Below, one piece after another: positions 62,458 to 64,000 of a DNA stretch of 64,000 nucleotides. A program made the position numbers and the translations under genes. Every line of letters begins with the position of its first letter. Position 1 is the stretch's first letter. The DNA is taken from contig JBNKTL010000016.1 of the NCBI GenBank assembly GCA_050298055.1, positions 26,348 through 90,347 of the forward strand, given 5' to 3'. The notes below the pieces were generated by a model, which was not told the origin of the DNA, did not search any database, and was given only the letters and a program-made list of their open reading frames with translations. This DNA is from Spirochaetota bacterium (GTDB taxonomy: Bacteria > Spirochaetota > UBA4802 > UBA5550).

Positions 62458-63711
62458 ATGATTAATAAACCCCCGGGTATTGAAGACATCTTTCCGGACA
62501 GGTCCCTGAAATGGAACCATATTCTGGAAACAGCCAAAAAGGCATTCGGCCTGCTGAACTACAGGGAGATCATTATCCCCGTAATGGAGTATACCGAGGT
62601 TTTTTCCCGGGGACTGGGGGATGACACCGATATTGTCACCAAGGAGATGTTCACCTTCGAGGACAGGGGCGGCAGGGACCTCACCCTCCGGCCCGAGGGT
62701 ACCGCACCGGTGGTGAGGGCATACGTTGAAAACGGTGAATATAACCGCCTGGCCACGTGCAAGCTTTTCTATACCGGTCCCATGTTCAGGGCCGAGCGTC
62801 CTCAAAAGGGAAGACTGCGGCAGTTCAACCAGTTCGGGGGGGAGTTTTTCGGCAGCAGCGATCCCTATTACGATTTTGAGGTCATCTATATCATGGACAT
62901 GATATCAAGGCTTCTGGAAATCAGTGACTACCGGATCCTCCTGAACTCCATAGGCTGCCCGGATTGCAGGGGCGGATATATCAGCGAGTTGAAGGAGTAT
63001 TTCACCCGGAAGAAAGACCAACTCTGTGACGACTGCAAAATACGTCTTGAGAAAAACCCCCTGAGGATACTGGACTGCAAAAATGAACCGTGCGGTGAGC
63101 TTAAAAAAGACGCGCCGGTGATTACCGGTTTCCTCTGCCAGGGATGCGCCGAACATCACCGGAAACTCACATCTTACCTTGAGAAGAACGGTGTCCGCTA
63201 TACCGAAGACCCCTTCCTGGTCCGGGGCCTGGACTACTATACCCGGACAACATTTGAGTTTGTCACGGAAAAACTGGGTGGCCAGAACGCCTTTGCGGCG
63301 GGAGGAAGGTACGACAACCTGGTGGAACAGTTCGGAGGTAAATCCACCCCTGCCGTGGGTTTTGCCGCGGGAATGGAGAGGATTTTCCTCATTACGGATG
63401 ATTTCGGCCTGAAGAAATCGGTTGATTTCTTCCTCATCCACTCCGGGGGAGAGAGCCTTGAGGCCGTCACGGGACTTATCCCCCTTTTCGCGGCCCGGAA
63501 CCTTTCCCTGGATATGGACCCCGAGAAGACCGGCTTCAAACCGCAGCTCAAGAGAGCCAACCGGGAAAATGCCCGCTACACCCTGATAATCGGTGATGAT
63601 GAACTGAAAGAGAAGACCTTCACCGTAAAAAACATGGAGAGCGGGGAACAGGAGTCACATAGCCTGGATAAAATCGAGGATTTTTTGGACAGCCTGTCAG
63701 GTACGGTCTGA
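62458..63711 (+). CDS. hisS: Histidine--tRNA ligase
   Basis: KEMFTFED, LRPEGTA, FRAERPQKGRLRQFNQ, LVRGLDYY and GGRYD. Confidence 0.97.
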   Translation: MINKPPGIEDIFPDRSLKWNHILETAKKAFGLLNYREIIIPVMEYTEVFSRGLGDDTDIVTKEMFTFEDRGGRDLTLRPEGTAPVVRAYVENGEYNRLATCKLFYTGPMFRAERPQKGRLRQFNQFGGEFFGSSDPYYDFEVIYIMDMISRLLEISDYRILLNSIGCPDCRGGYISELKEYFTRKKDQLCDDCKIRLEKNPLRILDCKNEPCGELKKDAPVITGFLCQGCAEHHRKLTSYLEKNGVRYTEDPFLVRGLDYYTRTTFEFVTEKLGGQNAFAAGGRYDNLVEQFGGKSTPAVGFAAGMERIFLITDDFGLKKSVDFFLIHSGGESLEAVTGLIPLFAARNLSLDMDPEKTGFKPQLKRANRENARYTLIIGDDELKEKTFTVKNMESGEQESHSLDKIEDFLDSLSGTV

Positions 63712-63770
63712 TGAAATTTCCATTTTCACGTATAATCCCCCTCCTGGCTGACTTTTTACTCACAAAGCCC

Positions 63771-63923
63771 CCCCTAAATCCCCCGGAGGGGGACTTTGAA
63801 GCTTTTTTGTAATATCAAATTAGTTCTTTCTCCATGAATATTTCCCTCAATTTCAATTGCAGGGTTGGTTTGATAGTATATTGTAAATTATTAATTACAA
63901 TCTTAAGTCCCCCTCAGGGGGAT
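63771..63923. repeat. REP-like inverted pair CCCCTAAATCCCCC..AGGGGGACTT / AAGTCCCCCT..GGGGGAT(TTAGGGG); right copy truncated
   Basis: The reverse complement of 63771-63796 (AAGTCCCCCTCCGGGGGATTTAGGGG) matches 63905-63923 until it is interrupted. Confidence 0.75.
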
Positions 63924-64000
63924 TGTATAGACCGGAAACATAGGTTACACATGTTCGGAGACATGGGTTACACTTTCATTATCCTTAAATCGATCCTTTT
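63924..64000. mobile_element. Probable IS481-family terminal end, continuing beyond the window
   Basis: Starts TGT, followed by two 18-bp direct repeats CGGAAACATAGGTTACAC (63933-63950) and CGGAGACATGGGTTACAC (63956-63973). No transposase is visible in the window. Confidence 0.6.

Noticed and set aside
63933..63973. Two 18-bp direct repeats as the start of a CRISPR array
   Set aside because: The spacer is only 5 nt. The TGT start fits an IS end better.

Overview
This is bacterial chromosomal DNA using the standard code (TGA ends several genes). Gene content and order suggest an uncultured Spirochaetota-like organism, but that is inference only. Housekeeping content includes mcsA-mcsB, argC, ptsI, tig-clpP-clpX-lon, four tRNAs, rluA, alr, hemW, nagZ, a TetR-fadN-thiolase beta-oxidation operon, TPR proteins, topA-xerC, two dprA paralogues, an acyl-CoA dehydrogenase, a U32 protein and hisS. 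A four-gene phosphorelay feeds an HD-GYP phosphodiesterase. The most notable features are four. (1) An orphan PhnD-like substrate-binding gene (23835-24686) is split by one in-frame TGA, followed 11 nt later by a hairpin fitting the bacterial SECIS pattern, making it a candidate selenoprotein. (2) A ~140-bp intergenic element occurs in 8 copies, with terminal inverted repeats and a central GC hairpin whose stem covaries and whose loop flips relative to the flanks. (3) Several other small palindromic or heptamer repeat families are present. (4) An IS481-like end at the right edge is inserted into one of these palindromes.
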